A model generated the notes under the pieces. That model ran no database searches. It was not told where the DNA came from and saw nothing but the letters and a program-made list of their open reading frames with translations. A program made the position numbers and the translations under genes. A stretch of DNA of 53,725 nt from assembly GCA_013151495.1 (NCBI GenBank), contig JAADIE010000097.1, forward strand, positions 1-53,725. Reading direction: 5' to 3'. Numbering within the stretch: the first letter of the stretch is position 1; each line of letters starts with the position of its first letter. Positions 28,900-38,791 of this stretch are shown here, piece by piece. Origin of the DNA: Nitrospirota bacterium (lineage in GTDB: Bacteria > Nitrospirota > Thermodesulfovibrionia > Thermodesulfovibrionales > JdFR-85).

Positions 28900-29187
28900 T
28901 TATCCAAACTCCAGTATGCTAAACCACTGGGCAAACTGGTCGTCCAGGTTCTGAGCCCTGGAAAGCATTACCATAACCTCACGCTCCATATATGGAAGCA
29001 GTCGCAATCCCAGATACCCCGGCGGTGAAGGCATACCCGATAATGAACTCACCAGTACAAGTGCAAAGGCATTCTCCATTTCCTTCAGTTCAGCCTCAAT
29101 AGCATCGGTGGCAGTGGATGCAAAGCCCTTGGCAACCAGAGAAAGAGTCCTTTTTATATCACCTATCAACTCCTTAGCCCTTTTCAA
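28900..29187 (-). CDS. hypothetical 95-aa helical protein linked to cstA and the ArsA-like ATPase
   Basis: The ORF overlaps the cstA stop by 14 nt and ends 2 nt before the ATPase start. No motif recognised and no Cys. Confidence 0.5.
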   Translation of the reverse strand: MKRAKELIGDIKRTLSLVAKGFASTATDAIEAELKEMENAFALVLVSSLSGMPSPPGYLGLRLLPYMEREVMVMLSRAQNLDDQFAQWFSILEFG

Positions 29188-30907
29188 TTTCCACTCCAGC
29201 AGGCACCTCTTTTTCCGGTCTGAAGAAGTCGTAGATCAGTAAAAAGTTCAGACAAAGCATCACAATTGTCATTAATGCAAGCACAACCGCCTGAGTTGCA
29301 CTCTTTTGAAAGAAGGTGGGCACGGCAACAAACAGATACCACAGCATGGCAAGGGTAACCGTAATCCATAAAAACAGGGCAGGTACAAGGATATTAAGCC
29401 CCCTGACCTTCTGAACCCTTATGGCCCAGGCTGCAGCAGTCATCAATGCAATAGAGGCAAGCATCTGGTTTGCACCCCCAAAGGCTGGCCAGATAGTTGT
29501 CCATGCACCGCTCCAGGCAAGACCAATTCCAATCAGTGCAGGTACTGCCGAGGCTACCCATCGGTTTGTCAGAAATCTATAGGCCATTGGGGTAGAGGTC
29601 CTTATTGGTTCCAGTATCTCTGTAAAGGTATACCTGGCAAGTCGGTTAGTGGTATCGAGGGTGGTCATGGCAAAGGAGGCAACCCACATAGAGGCCAGTA
29701 TGATCATGAAGTCCTTGGGCAGTTTTAATACCGTATGGGTTACCTCGGCATAGGATTTGGAAAATATGCCTATTGGGCCACCCACCGACTTGGCCGCAGC
29801 AATATAATTATTTGCAAAGGATGCACCACCTGCCTTCAGTACCTGAAGTTTTTCAGGAGATACAATGGAAAGCCCGTAGGCACTAATTACAACCACCACC
29901 AGGGTAGATAGAAATCCCTCGGTTAGCATTCCACCGTAGCCAATAAAAAGGCCATCTTTTTCATCAGATATCTGTTTTGAAGTGGTGCCAGAGGCCACGA
30001 TCGAATGAAACCCTGACAATGAGCCACATGCAATAATCAAGGGGATGACAGGCCAGAAGGGGGTTGGTTTACCCGATACAACAGGTGCACTGTATACGGT
30101 AGTGGCCGGCACAGTAAGGCCCTTGAATGAAAGCACAACCGCAACACCACCTATTACAAGCCCTCCCACAAGCAACCAGGCATTCAGATAGTCCCTTGGC
30201 TGCAATAGTATGTTGACCGGTATAGATGAGGCAACAATGATATAAAAGAAAAACACCACAAGCCAGGCCTTATAGCTGGCATGAATTGGTATCTGTTTAC
30301 CCAGGACTATAGACAGTATCAAAAGCCCTATACCCACAAGGGTGGCTGCTCTGAAGTCCATCCTTACCCTGTACAGCAAAACACCAAGCAATAGGGCAGA
30401 GCCGATCTTGAAGATATATGCCGTTGGCACCCCTGGTTGTTTTACATAGAGCTTGCCTAACACAGCACCAAAGGCAGCCACCACAAGGATAAGCACAAAG
30501 AAAATAAACCATGAAAAGGCATAGCCAGTACGCCTCTTAATTACCCTGCCGGCAATCCACTGTACAGAATGACCATCATACCTGACTGAGGACATCAGGG
30601 AAAGGTAATCATGTACTGCCCCAATAAAGATGTTTCCTATCCAGATCCACAACAAAGCAGGCAACCATCCCCAGGCGAGGGCAATTGCAGGTCCGATTAT
30701 AGGGGCTGCACCGGCAACAGATGCAAAGTGATGACCAAAAAGGACATACCTGTTTGCCGGTACAAAATCCACACCATCATATAGTCTCTTTGATGGCACC
30801 TCCCGCTGGGGCTCACCAACAACCCTCTGTCTTAGATAGCCACCATAGCCTTTATAAAGGAAAAAATAGATCAGCAACCCACCAATCAATAACACCGTAG
30901 AGTTCAT
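29174..30907 (-). CDS. cstA: carbon starvation protein A family transporter (peptide/pyruvate uptake family)
   Basis: 577-aa polytopic protein. The N-terminal region (FGHHFASVAGAGPIIGPAIA-like: FGHHFASVAGAAPIIGPAIALAWGWLPA) matches the CstA signature. Confidence 0.9.
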   Translation of the reverse strand: MNSTVLLIGGLLIYFFLYKGYGGYLRQRVVGEPQREVPSKRLYDGVDFVPANRYVLFGHHFASVAGAAPIIGPAIALAWGWLPALLWIWIGNIFIGAVHDYLSLMSSVRYDGHSVQWIAGRVIKRRTGYAFSWFIFFVLILVVAAFGAVLGKLYVKQPGVPTAYIFKIGSALLLGVLLYRVRMDFRAATLVGIGLLILSIVLGKQIPIHASYKAWLVVFFFYIIVASSIPVNILLQPRDYLNAWLLVGGLVIGGVAVVLSFKGLTVPATTVYSAPVVSGKPTPFWPVIPLIIACGSLSGFHSIVASGTTSKQISDEKDGLFIGYGGMLTEGFLSTLVVVVISAYGLSIVSPEKLQVLKAGGASFANNYIAAAKSVGGPIGIFSKSYAEVTHTVLKLPKDFMIILASMWVASFAMTTLDTTNRLARYTFTEILEPIRTSTPMAYRFLTNRWVASAVPALIGIGLAWSGAWTTIWPAFGGANQMLASIALMTAAAWAIRVQKVRGLNILVPALFLWITVTLAMLWYLFVAVPTFFQKSATQAVVLALMTIVMLCLNFLLIYDFFRPEKEVPAGVEIEKG

Positions 30908-30933
30908 TTACCAACCCCCTGCTGTCCTTATGG

Positions 30934-31680
30934 TTATTCAGTATTATACATCTTTGATATCTTGCGTTCAATCTGGCTACAAATGCCATGAAGCATTCGC
31001 ACCTCCCATGGTGCAAGGCCCGAGCGACCAAGCAGGTGTTTGAGGTTTCTCATGATTCTTGCCTCAAGGTCCTTATCGCCCCTTGGTATATAATCAAGTA
31101 ATTTAAGGGTCTTTCTGATATGTCCAAAAAGGGCCTGAAGCTCCTTGTATGGAACAAGCTCGGGAAGCTCTGCCTTAAGCACTGTCCTTGAAAGCTCGTA
31201 GGCCACGATAAGCACTGCCTGCGCAAGATTCAGCGAAGGTGCCTCTTCCGAGGTTGGTATATAAATAAGAAAACCACACTCCTCAACCTCCTCATTCGTC
31301 AGGCCCCTGTCTTCCCTTCCAAATAGTATGGCCACCCTGTTTTTCTCAGCAGTCCTTCTAATTAGTTCTACCGCCTCCTGCACCGGGTATATGAGCCCAC
31401 GTTTCTTACCTGTTCTACGGGAGGTACCCACCACAAGGGCCTTCTCCTGAAGGGCCTCCTGCAGTGTGTTATAAACTCTGGCCTCTTTAAGTAGATCAGT
31501 TGCGTGACAGGCAAGCCAGAAATCGTGTCCTTCTATGAAATTCTCAGGTGGGTTAACCAGCTCAAGATTGGAAAAGCCCATGTTTTTGATGGCACGAGCA
31601 GAGGCACCAATATTGCCAGGTTCACGGGGATTAACAAGTACAAAGTGTATATTTTCCATCCAATCTGCAGCCTTTTTCAT
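30934..31680 (-). CDS. trmJ: SpoU/TrmH-class RNA 2'-O-methyltransferase, TrmJ-like
   Basis: HFVLVNPREPGNIGASARAIKNMGF N-terminus plus LNLAQAVLIVAYEL knot motif. The start may be the internal Met (MENIHF...). Confidence 0.75.
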   Translation of the reverse strand: MKKAADWMENIHFVLVNPREPGNIGASARAIKNMGFSNLELVNPPENFIEGHDFWLACHATDLLKEARVYNTLQEALQEKALVVGTSRRTGKKRGLIYPVQEAVELIRRTAEKNRVAILFGREDRGLTNEEVEECGFLIYIPTSEEAPSLNLAQAVLIVAYELSRTVLKAELPELVPYKELQALFGHIRKTLKLLDYIPRGDKDLEARIMRNLKHLLGRSGLAPWEVRMLHGICSQIERKISKMYNTE

Positions 31681-31702
31681 GCAATCTATTATAAAAAAAT
31701 CC

Positions 31703-32812
31703 CTATGATAAACGTCTTCTGTAGAGGATTAATCCGGTAACAAGATAAATCATGCCAAGCCCGAAGAGTCTTGCCACCTTTAGAGAAAGATCCTGTATCT
31801 CTGCACCCCGTATTAACATACTGATCCCCACATCCATGAACTGCTTCAGGGGCGAGACAATGGTCAGTCTTCTGAGCCATTCCGGAAGTGCCTCAGGTGG
31901 CACCCAGCCACCTGAAAGCAGGATCATTGGTGCAAATATAACCACTGCCAGCAGGCCAATCTGACTAAAACGTCTGGCTATAGAGGATATTATAAAGGCA
32001 AGACCGGTTGTTGAAAGACTGTAAAGCAGCGATAATACAATAAACCACCCAAGCCCACCCTTTAGAGGAAAACCCAGCCAGCCCTTAAGAACGAACATGA
32101 AACTCAGTGCTATAATCACTATCATAAACCCTGTTGAGGCCACAACCTTGAAAACAACAAGCCTCCACAGGCTAAGTGGAGAGATCCTTATCTGCTCAAT
32201 GGTTCCGTATTCCTGTTCTCTTATAAAGACAGCCGCTGGTAGAATCATCCCAATCAATGTGATGACCATGAAAAACTCTATCAGTCCTTCATAGATGTCG
32301 TCCCTGGGTTCTGGATTGAAAAGAAGCCTGCTTTTTATGATCATACCCTGTGGAGGATCAAGGCCTATCTTCATTAATCTCTGCATCAAAAGATTTCTGT
32401 TATAATCGGCAACTACCCTGGCCAGATAGGCAGTACTAAGATAGGCTGATGAACTCTGGGTACCATCTACAAGTACCTGAACTGATGCGCCACCTCGATA
32501 TAGCTGTTTGTGGAAATCAGAAGGTATATCCAGGGCAAGTACCACCCGGGAATCCTCAATCAAAGAGTCAATCTCTTTAGTGTTTGTCACATACAAAGGG
32601 GGCTTGAAGGCAGGGCTCTGGAGCTTTGAAATCAGCTGCCGGCTCTGGGATGACCTTGATTCATCATATACTGCAATTGCTATGTTCCTTGGAATAAGCT
32701 GAAAGCCCTTTGCTGCAAGCACGATATCAAGACTGAAGGCATAGATAACAAATATTAATAGCCCCTTGTCTCTGAGGATGTGTAATAGCTCCTTTTTTAG
32801 CAGTCTCCACAT
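31703..32812 (-). CDS. ABC-2 type transporter permease (YbhR/YbhS-like)
   Basis: 369 aa with an N-terminal TM, a large extracytoplasmic loop and a C-terminal 5-TM ABC-2 block. It is the last gene of the HlyD-ATPase-permease-permease set. Confidence 0.8.
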   Translation of the reverse strand: MWRLLKKELLHILRDKGLLIFVIYAFSLDIVLAAKGFQLIPRNIAIAVYDESRSSQSRQLISKLQSPAFKPPLYVTNTKEIDSLIEDSRVVLALDIPSDFHKQLYRGGASVQVLVDGTQSSSAYLSTAYLARVVADYNRNLLMQRLMKIGLDPPQGMIIKSRLLFNPEPRDDIYEGLIEFFMVITLIGMILPAAVFIREQEYGTIEQIRISPLSLWRLVVFKVVASTGFMIVIIALSFMFVLKGWLGFPLKGGLGWFIVLSLLYSLSTTGLAFIISSIARRFSQIGLLAVVIFAPMILLSGGWVPPEALPEWLRRLTIVSPLKQFMDVGISMLIRGAEIQDLSLKVARLFGLGMIYLVTGLILYRRRLS

Positions 32813-32815
32813 ATC

Positions 32816-33940
32816 TCAGCCTTCCCTCTTTCTAAACAGCATTACAGAAACAGCAAAAATAAACAGGAAGTAAAAAATCAGCATAACCAGTTCAAAGGCC
32901 ATCTCTGAAATAGTAAGCCTTTTAAGATAAACACCGTGAATTATCTTCAGAAAATACATGGTGGGGTACAGATGGGCCATCACCTTGCCTTCTGTACCCA
33001 GATTGGCAACGGGTATAAGAAGCCCTGAGTAAAGGAATGCTGGAATAACCGTTACAATCAGGGTTATTATCTGGGCTGAAACAACGGTTCGTGTGAGAGT
33101 TGATATAAACAGCCCGATTGAGACAGTGGCCATAACATAAAAAACCGCTGCAGGCAGAAGGTTAAGTAGATTGCCCTTCATAGGGATATGAAAAAGTATC
33201 TTGATAGTTAAAAGAACTACAAAGAAGTTCACCACTGATATCAATACATAGGGAATCAGCTTGCCGGCGAGAAACTCAAGCCTTCCAACGGGGGTACTGT
33301 AGATGTTGTAGATCGTGCCGAACTCCTTTTCCCTGGCTATGGAAATAGCAGCAAGCACAGCAGGATTTACAAGTAGCACAATTGCTATCAGGGCAGGCAC
33401 AAGGGCAAAGCTGCTTTTTAAGGATTCATTAAAGAAATATCTATATCTTAGATTTACTGTGGCCCTGGGTATCTGGATGTTTTTTGCTGAAAACATCTCA
33501 TTAAGTTTACGATAGCTCATATCCTCAACTATTGATTCAGCATATCCCCTGACGGTTATTGCCGTATAGGGGTAACCTCCGTCTATAAGCATCTGTAATT
33601 CTGCATAATGCTTCTTATAGAAGCCTTTCGTAAAATCAGGTGGTACAACAAGCACTGCCCTCACTTTGCCTGTACTGAGCAGCTTTTCAGCCTCTTTAGT
33701 ATCAGAAAGCACATACTTTAGCTGAAAGTGCCTTGCAAGAAAACCATCAATCACCCTTTTGCTGAGGGCACTCTGGTCATAATCCACAACACCAAAAGGG
33801 ATATTCTCGATATCAAGGCTTATACCGTAGCCAAAAACCACAAACATCACAAAGGGAACAAGGAAGGCAAGTATAAGAAACAGTCTGTTACGCAGGATTT
33901 CCTTGGCTTCCTTTTTTGCTATTTCAATGGTCCTTTTCAT
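32816..33940 (-). CDS. ABC-2 type transporter permease (YbhS/YbhR-like)
   Basis: Same architecture as its neighbour. Track ORF trimmed to ATG 33940 (MKRTIEIAKKEAKEILRNR...), which overlaps the ATPase stop by 17 nt. Confidence 0.8.
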   Translation of the reverse strand: MKRTIEIAKKEAKEILRNRLFLILAFLVPFVMFVVFGYGISLDIENIPFGVVDYDQSALSKRVIDGFLARHFQLKYVLSDTKEAEKLLSTGKVRAVLVVPPDFTKGFYKKHYAELQMLIDGGYPYTAITVRGYAESIVEDMSYRKLNEMFSAKNIQIPRATVNLRYRYFFNESLKSSFALVPALIAIVLLVNPAVLAAISIAREKEFGTIYNIYSTPVGRLEFLAGKLIPYVLISVVNFFVVLLTIKILFHIPMKGNLLNLLPAAVFYVMATVSIGLFISTLTRTVVSAQIITLIVTVIPAFLYSGLLIPVANLGTEGKVMAHLYPTMYFLKIIHGVYLKRLTISEMAFELVMLIFYFLFIFAVSVMLFRKREG

Positions 33941-35627
33941 TGTCCTCTGAAAGCTTGTAGATAAAAACATCCTCCATGGGAGGAACAATCCGGCGGATAT
34001 AATGGTATCCTATACGGTTTTGCTCCAGCAATCGTGCAATCCTGTCTTCATTAAGCCCCTTTTGCCACAGATGATAACGCCTGCCAAAGGGTACAGCAGA
34101 TATACCCTCCCTTTTGAAAATATCCTCCTTTATTTCTACCGAAGGATAGACCTCATACACCTGTCCATGGGATTTAACAAATTCCTCCCTGAGCCTCTCA
34201 GGAGGAGAAAGGGCTATTACCCTTCCTTCGTTCATTATAGCTACCCGATCGCAGTAATCTGCCTCAACAAGGTTGTGAGTGGTTACGATTACAGTAATAC
34301 ATAACTGTCTGGAAAGCATTCGTATAAAATCCCAGAATAGCCCTCTTGCCAGAGGGTCCACACCAGATGTAGGCTCATCAAGTATCAGGATATCCGGTAG
34401 ATGCAGGGTTGCACATCCAAGGGCAAGCCTCTGTTTCATGCCTCCTGGAAGTGATTTAACCTGGGTGTCGAGATATGCCTGAAGCTGGGAAAACTCCACA
34501 ATCCACTCCAGTCTCCTCTTAAGAAGTGCTGGCTTAAGGCCATAGATATAGCCATAGAGCTCTATATTCTCTTTAACAGTCAGGTCATTGTAAAGGGAAA
34601 AGAGCTGGGACATATAACCTATCCTTTTCTTAAGCTCAGCAGAGCCTGGTTTCATGCCCATAAGCTCGACCCTGCCACTGTCTGGCCTTAAAAGGCCAAC
34701 CATGCACTTAATCAGGGTGGTCTTGCCTGCTCCATTTGGTCCTAACAGTCCCAATACCTCACCCCGCTTTATCTGAAGACTAACATTATCAACTGCCTTG
34801 AACTGGCCAAAGGATTTACTGAGGCCCTGAATAATCAATTCACCTGAATCAGGGCATTGCCTGGCATCTGGTGGTAGTGATGGCTCTGGTACCGCCTCGG
34901 TTCGTTCAATAAGCATTCGGAAAAAGGCATCCTCCACTGTCTGGCCGTTCTCCATCAGTTCTTCAGGATGCCCCCTGTAAAGGGCCACTGCATTATGAAG
35001 AAACATCACAGCATGACACCTTTCAGCCTCATCCATGTAAGAGGTTCCGATTAAAATAGTAGTTTCTGAACTTAAAAGGTATTCATTCAGCATCTGCCAG
35101 AGCTGTCTCCTTGAAAGAGGATCTACACCTGTTGACGGTTCATCAAGTATAAGGACCTCTGGCTCAGACACAAGAGAGCAACATATACCAAGCTTTTGTT
35201 TCATACCACCTGAGAGGTCTCTGGCGAGTCTACGCCTGAATGGCTTAAGGGCTGTGGCCTCAAGGAGAAGTTCCTTTCTTTCTGCCAGCACCTCAGCGCG
35301 AACAGACTTCAATGAGGCAAAAAAATCTATATTTTCATCCACTGTAAGCTCCATGTAGAGATTCTGACCAATTCCCTGGGGCATAAAGCTAAGGCCCCTT
35401 TTCAGAAACTCAGGGTCTCTTCCTATCTCCCTGCCCCGATACCTGGCCTCGCCATCATAGCCCAGCACACCAGCACAGATTTTAAGTAGTGTGCTTTTAC
35501 CAGCCCCATCCGGCCCGATAATGCCTGTGATCTCTGAACCCTTTATATCAAAATCGATATCCCTTAAGGCGGTATTTCTCTTGTATCTCTTGGAAAGGCC
35601 CCTCAGACTGAAGACGGTCTCGCTCAT
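33924..35627 (-). CDS. ABC transporter ATP-binding protein with two fused ATPase domains (YbhF-like)
   Basis: Two Walker A motifs (GPDGAGKST, GPNGAGKTT), two signatures (LSGGMKQK, LPGGMKQR) and two Walker B motifs (LILDEPS, LILDEPT). Confidence 0.92.
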   Translation of the reverse strand: MSETVFSLRGLSKRYKRNTALRDIDFDIKGSEITGIIGPDGAGKSTLLKICAGVLGYDGEARYRGREIGRDPEFLKRGLSFMPQGIGQNLYMELTVDENIDFFASLKSVRAEVLAERKELLLEATALKPFRRRLARDLSGGMKQKLGICCSLVSEPEVLILDEPSTGVDPLSRRQLWQMLNEYLLSSETTILIGTSYMDEAERCHAVMFLHNAVALYRGHPEELMENGQTVEDAFFRMLIERTEAVPEPSLPPDARQCPDSGELIIQGLSKSFGQFKAVDNVSLQIKRGEVLGLLGPNGAGKTTLIKCMVGLLRPDSGRVELMGMKPGSAELKKRIGYMSQLFSLYNDLTVKENIELYGYIYGLKPALLKRRLEWIVEFSQLQAYLDTQVKSLPGGMKQRLALGCATLHLPDILILDEPTSGVDPLARGLFWDFIRMLSRQLCITVIVTTHNLVEADYCDRVAIMNEGRVIALSPPERLREEFVKSHGQVYEVYPSVEIKEDIFKREGISAVPFGRRYHLWQKGLNEDRIARLLEQNRIGYHYIRRIVPPMEDVFIYKLSEDNEKDH

Positions 35628-35633
35628 AGGGAG

Positions 35634-36713
35634 TTAACTTTTTGTTGGGATTTCTACATCCACTGGCATGCCCTTTTTCAACACACCAAGGGCCTCTTTC
35701 CTGTTTTCAGGGAAACATATCTTTGCCTCAAAGACCTGTTTAATCCTTTCCTGTTTTGACTGCACCTCTTTTGGCGTAAACTCTGCCCTGTCGGAAATAT
35801 AGCAGATCTCGCCCATTACCGGCCTGTCTGGAAAGGCATCTGTGAATACCCTGACCCCTGTTCCCACCTTTACCCTGCCTAAAAGGGGCTCTGGTATAAA
35901 TGTTTTAACATGAATGGATTCAGGCCTTATCATAATACCTATAACCCCACCAGCGCCCAGCACCTCGCCCGGTTCTGACACCCTCTTGAGAATCACTCCG
36001 TCTGTAGGTGCGGTAATCAGTGTGTAGGAAAGCCTGATTTTTGCACCGGAGAGCCTCTTTTTCAATGAGGCCAGTTTTTGTCTTAGCGAAGCAATCTCCT
36101 TCTCTTTTATCCTTATCCTTGTCCTCTCAATCCTGGCACCTTCCAATGCCACCTTTGCCTGTTCAACAGCCTCCACAGAGGCATCAAAATCTCCCTTTGC
36201 TGTAATGTAGGCAAGCCTGATGTCCTCGAATCGGTCCTCAGGGACTACACCCTTTTCGTAGAGGCTGCGGAAGCGCTCAAGCCGCTTTTTCTGCCTTTGA
36301 AGATTAGCCTTTGCCTGTTTCATCCTGACCATTGCAAGGTTGAGTGACTTTTCTGCGCCCTCTATTTTCTTCTGGATACTCTCCCTCAGATACCCGAGGG
36401 TCTCCTCCTGGGTATCTATACTCTTTTTAAGGGCCATTACAGTCTTTTCAATCTCCTCATACATGGCCTTTAGTTCCTGATCATCTATCTTTGCCACTGG
36501 TGCTCCCTTGTCTATGTACTGACCATCCGAGATATAAACCTCTTTCAGTCTACCGGGTATTCTTGAAGAAAGCACTATTTCGTCTGCCTCTACACGACCA
36601 CTGATAAGCAACAATACATTATTATTTTTATCTAAATACCTGTTTAAGTATAGCAGTCCAGCAAGCCCACAAAGCACTATAAATAAAACAATATATATGT
36701 GCTTTCTTTTCAT
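35634..36713 (-). CDS. HlyD-family periplasmic adaptor (YbhG-like)
   Basis: N-terminal TM, lipoyl-like segments flanking a long coiled-coil, and a C-terminal beta-barrel. It is the first gene of the exporter operon. Confidence 0.85.
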   Translation of the reverse strand: MKRKHIYIVLFIVLCGLAGLLYLNRYLDKNNNVLLLISGRVEADEIVLSSRIPGRLKEVYISDGQYIDKGAPVAKIDDQELKAMYEEIEKTVMALKKSIDTQEETLGYLRESIQKKIEGAEKSLNLAMVRMKQAKANLQRQKKRLERFRSLYEKGVVPEDRFEDIRLAYITAKGDFDASVEAVEQAKVALEGARIERTRIRIKEKEIASLRQKLASLKKRLSGAKIRLSYTLITAPTDGVILKRVSEPGEVLGAGGVIGIMIRPESIHVKTFIPEPLLGRVKVGTGVRVFTDAFPDRPVMGEICYISDRAEFTPKEVQSKQERIKQVFEAKICFPENRKEALGVLKKGMPVDVEIPTKS

Positions 36714-36778
36714 ATTAGGATTATACTACAGTTACAATTTTTTGTTTTTATATCTTATTAATTTTCTACATTTTCAGG

Positions 36779-36784
36779 TATAAT
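36779..36784 (+). promoter_or_regulatory. candidate -10 element (perfect TATAAT) for the tRNA-Thr / mtaD transcription unit
   Basis: TATAAT lies 12 nt upstream of the mature tRNA 5' end in an AT-rich divergent intergenic region. I found no convincing -35. Confidence 0.3.
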
Positions 36785-36796
36785 TATATATTTCAT

Positions 36797-36872
36797 GCCA
36801 GGGTAGCTCAGCCGGCAGAGCAGCTGATTCGTAATCAGCAGGTCGTGGGTTCGAATCCCATCCCTGGCTCCA
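36797..36872 (+). tRNA. tRNA-Thr (anticodon CGU), CCA encoded
   Basis: Hand-folded cloverleaf. Acceptor GCCAGGG/CCCTGGC; D arm GCTC-AGCCGGCA-GAGC; anticodon arm GCTGA-TTCGTAA-TCAGC (CGT); variable AGGTC; T arm GTGGG-TTCGAAT-CCCAT; discriminator T then CCA. Confidence 0.93.
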
Positions 36873-36899
36873 GAATCACTGTTTGAAGGGATTTAGGAT

Positions 36900-38234
36900 A
36901 TGGAAAAAAACAGGGCAGATCTGATTGTAAAGGCAAGATTTGTAATCACCTTTTCAGATGACGAAAAGGATGTAGTTGAAGACGGAGCTGTCATAATAAA
37001 AGACGGCAGGATTTTAGATATTCTAAAGATTAATGAAGCAGAAAGGCTGTATGATGCAGCCACCACAATAGAAGGTGAAAACCATGTGGTACTTCCGGGT
37101 TTTGTAAATACCCACACCCATGCGGCAATGGTTTACTTCAGAGGTATGGCCGATGATCTGCCGCTAAAGGTCTGGCTTGAAGAACATATATGGCCTGCAG
37201 AATCAAAGATGCTCAGTCCCGAATTCATCCGTGATGCTACCGAGCTTGCCTGTCTTGAAATGATAAAGGCAGGTGTGGTGCTTTTCAATGATATGTACTT
37301 TTACGAAGAGGCCTCTGCTGAGGTTATCAAAAAGGCTGGAATGCGTGCAGTACTTGGTGCAGGAGTGCTTGATTTCCCCACTTCAATAGCTCAAAATACC
37401 GATGAATATTTGCAAAAGGCCGAAACATTTATCAAACAATTCAGGGATGACCCACTGGTGGTACCGGCAATCTCACCTCATGCACCGTATACCTGCTCAC
37501 CCGAGACATACAAGAGGGCGATTTCCATTGCAGAAAAGTACAGCGTACCTGTCCATACCCATCTTAGTGAAACCCAATGGGAGGTTGAGGAGATAAAGAA
37601 ACTCTACGGTGCTACCCCTATTGAGCATCTTGAAAGGCACGGGCTACTCAGAGACTTTATGCTGGCAGCCCATGTAGTCTGGCCCACCGAGCAGGAAATG
37701 GATATACTTGCCAGAAGGGGTGTTTCAGTATCGCACTGTCTTGAAAGCAATCTTAAATTGGCCTCCGGGATTGCACCGGTTGTAAGAATGATGAAAAGAG
37801 GAGTCAGGGTTACCATTGGCACAGACGGTGCAGCAAGCAACAATGACCTTGATGTGCTTGGTGAACTCTCGGTGGTCTCAAAGATCCACAAGGCAATGGA
37901 AGGTGACCCAACTGTTTTAGATGCAAAAACCTCTCTTAAGATGGCAACAACCCTTGGTTATGAGGCCCTGGGGTTGGCAAATGTAGCTGGTAGACTTAAA
38001 AAGGGCATGGCAGCAGATCTTATTATGATAGACCTCAGGAAACCTCATCTCATGCCTCTGTATGATGTATTTTCGCACCTTGTGTATTCAGCCAAGTCCT
38101 CTGATGTCTCAACAGTGATAATAAACGGCAGGGTAATAATGAAGGACTATAAAGTATTAACAATAGATGAAGAGGAGGTCTATACCAGGGCCTCAAACTG
38201 GAAAAAAAGGATACAGGAGGCTTTTAATGGTTAA
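36900..38234 (+). CDS. mtaD: amidohydrolase, 5-methylthioadenosine/S-adenosylhomocysteine deaminase-like
   Basis: 444 aa with a [12 protein letters not shown] metal-binding motif and [13 protein letters not shown] motifs typical of the MtaD/SsnA/guanine deaminase-type amidohydrolase subgroup. Confidence 0.78.
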   Translation: MEKNRADLIVKARFVITFSDDEKDVVEDGAVIIKDGRILDILKINEAERLYDAATTIEGENHVVLPGFVNTHTHAAMVYFRGMADDLPLKVWLEEHIWPAESKMLSPEFIRDATELACLEMIKAGVVLFNDMYFYEEASAEVIKKAGMRAVLGAGVLDFPTSIAQNTDEYLQKAETFIKQFRDDPLVVPAISPHAPYTCSPETYKRAISIAEKYSVPVHTHLSETQWEVEEIKKLYGATPIEHLERHGLLRDFMLAAHVVWPTEQEMDILARRGVSVSHCLESNLKLASGIAPVVRMMKRGVRVTIGTDGAASNNDLDVLGELSVVSKIHKAMEGDPTVLDAKTSLKMATTLGYEALGLANVAGRLKKGMAADLIMIDLRKPHLMPLYDVFSHLVYSAKSSDVSTVIINGRVIMKDYKVLTIDEEEVYTRASNWKKRIQEAFNG

Positions 38235-38775
38235 AAACGATCGTTGGATAAAGGAGATGGCCGCAAAGGGAATGATTGAGCCCTTTAATGATAAACAGGT
38301 GCGAGAGGGTGTTATCTCCTATGGAGTGAGTTCTTATGGTTATGACATGCGAATAAGCGATGAGTTCAAGATCTTCACAAATATCAATAGCACCATAGTC
38401 GATCCAAAGGGCTTTGATCCTAAAAGCTTTATAGATTTCAAGGGAGAGGTCTGCATAATACCACCAAATTCCTTTGTACTTGGCAGGTCTGTGGAGTATT
38501 TCCGTATTCCAAGGGATGTAATTGTCATATGTCTTGGGAAATCAACCTATGCCCGTTGTGGTCTTGTGGTTAATGTAACCCCCCTGGAGCCAGAATGGGA
38601 AGGACATGTTACAATCGAAATCTCCAACACCACACCATTGCCAGCTAAAATATACGCAAACGAGGGCATTGCACAACTGCTTTTCCTTGGAGCCCAGGAG
38701 GTATGCGAGACCTCCTATAAAGATAAAACAGGTAAGTATCAGGCCCAGAAGGGCATAACACTGCCAAAAATCTGA
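38227..38775 (+). CDS. dcd: dCTP deaminase
   Basis: Track ORF trimmed to ATG 38227 ([20 protein letters not shown]...), an 8-nt overlap with the mtaD end. [17 protein letters not shown] and [19 protein letters not shown] match Dcd. Confidence 0.9.
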   Translation: MVKNDRWIKEMAAKGMIEPFNDKQVREGVISYGVSSYGYDMRISDEFKIFTNINSTIVDPKGFDPKSFIDFKGEVCIIPPNSFVLGRSVEYFRIPRDVIVICLGKSTYARCGLVVNVTPLEPEWEGHVTIEISNTTPLPAKIYANEGIAQLLFLGAQEVCETSYKDKTGKYQAQKGITLPKI

Positions 38776-38791
38776 TAACCAGGGAGGCCCC

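Noticed and set aside
36714-36796. AT-rich divergent intergenic region considered as a possible replication origin or regulatory RNA locus.
   Set aside because: It is only 83 nt, I saw no DnaA-box repeats, and it is adequately explained as back-to-back promoters for the exporter operon and the tRNA-Thr/mtaD unit.
36797-36872. tRNA-Thr as a possible genomic-island integration site.
   Set aside because: There is no integrase, no direct repeat of the tRNA 3' end, and no mobile genes on either side. The flanking genes are housekeeping (mtaD, dcd, pyrF) or a conserved exporter.
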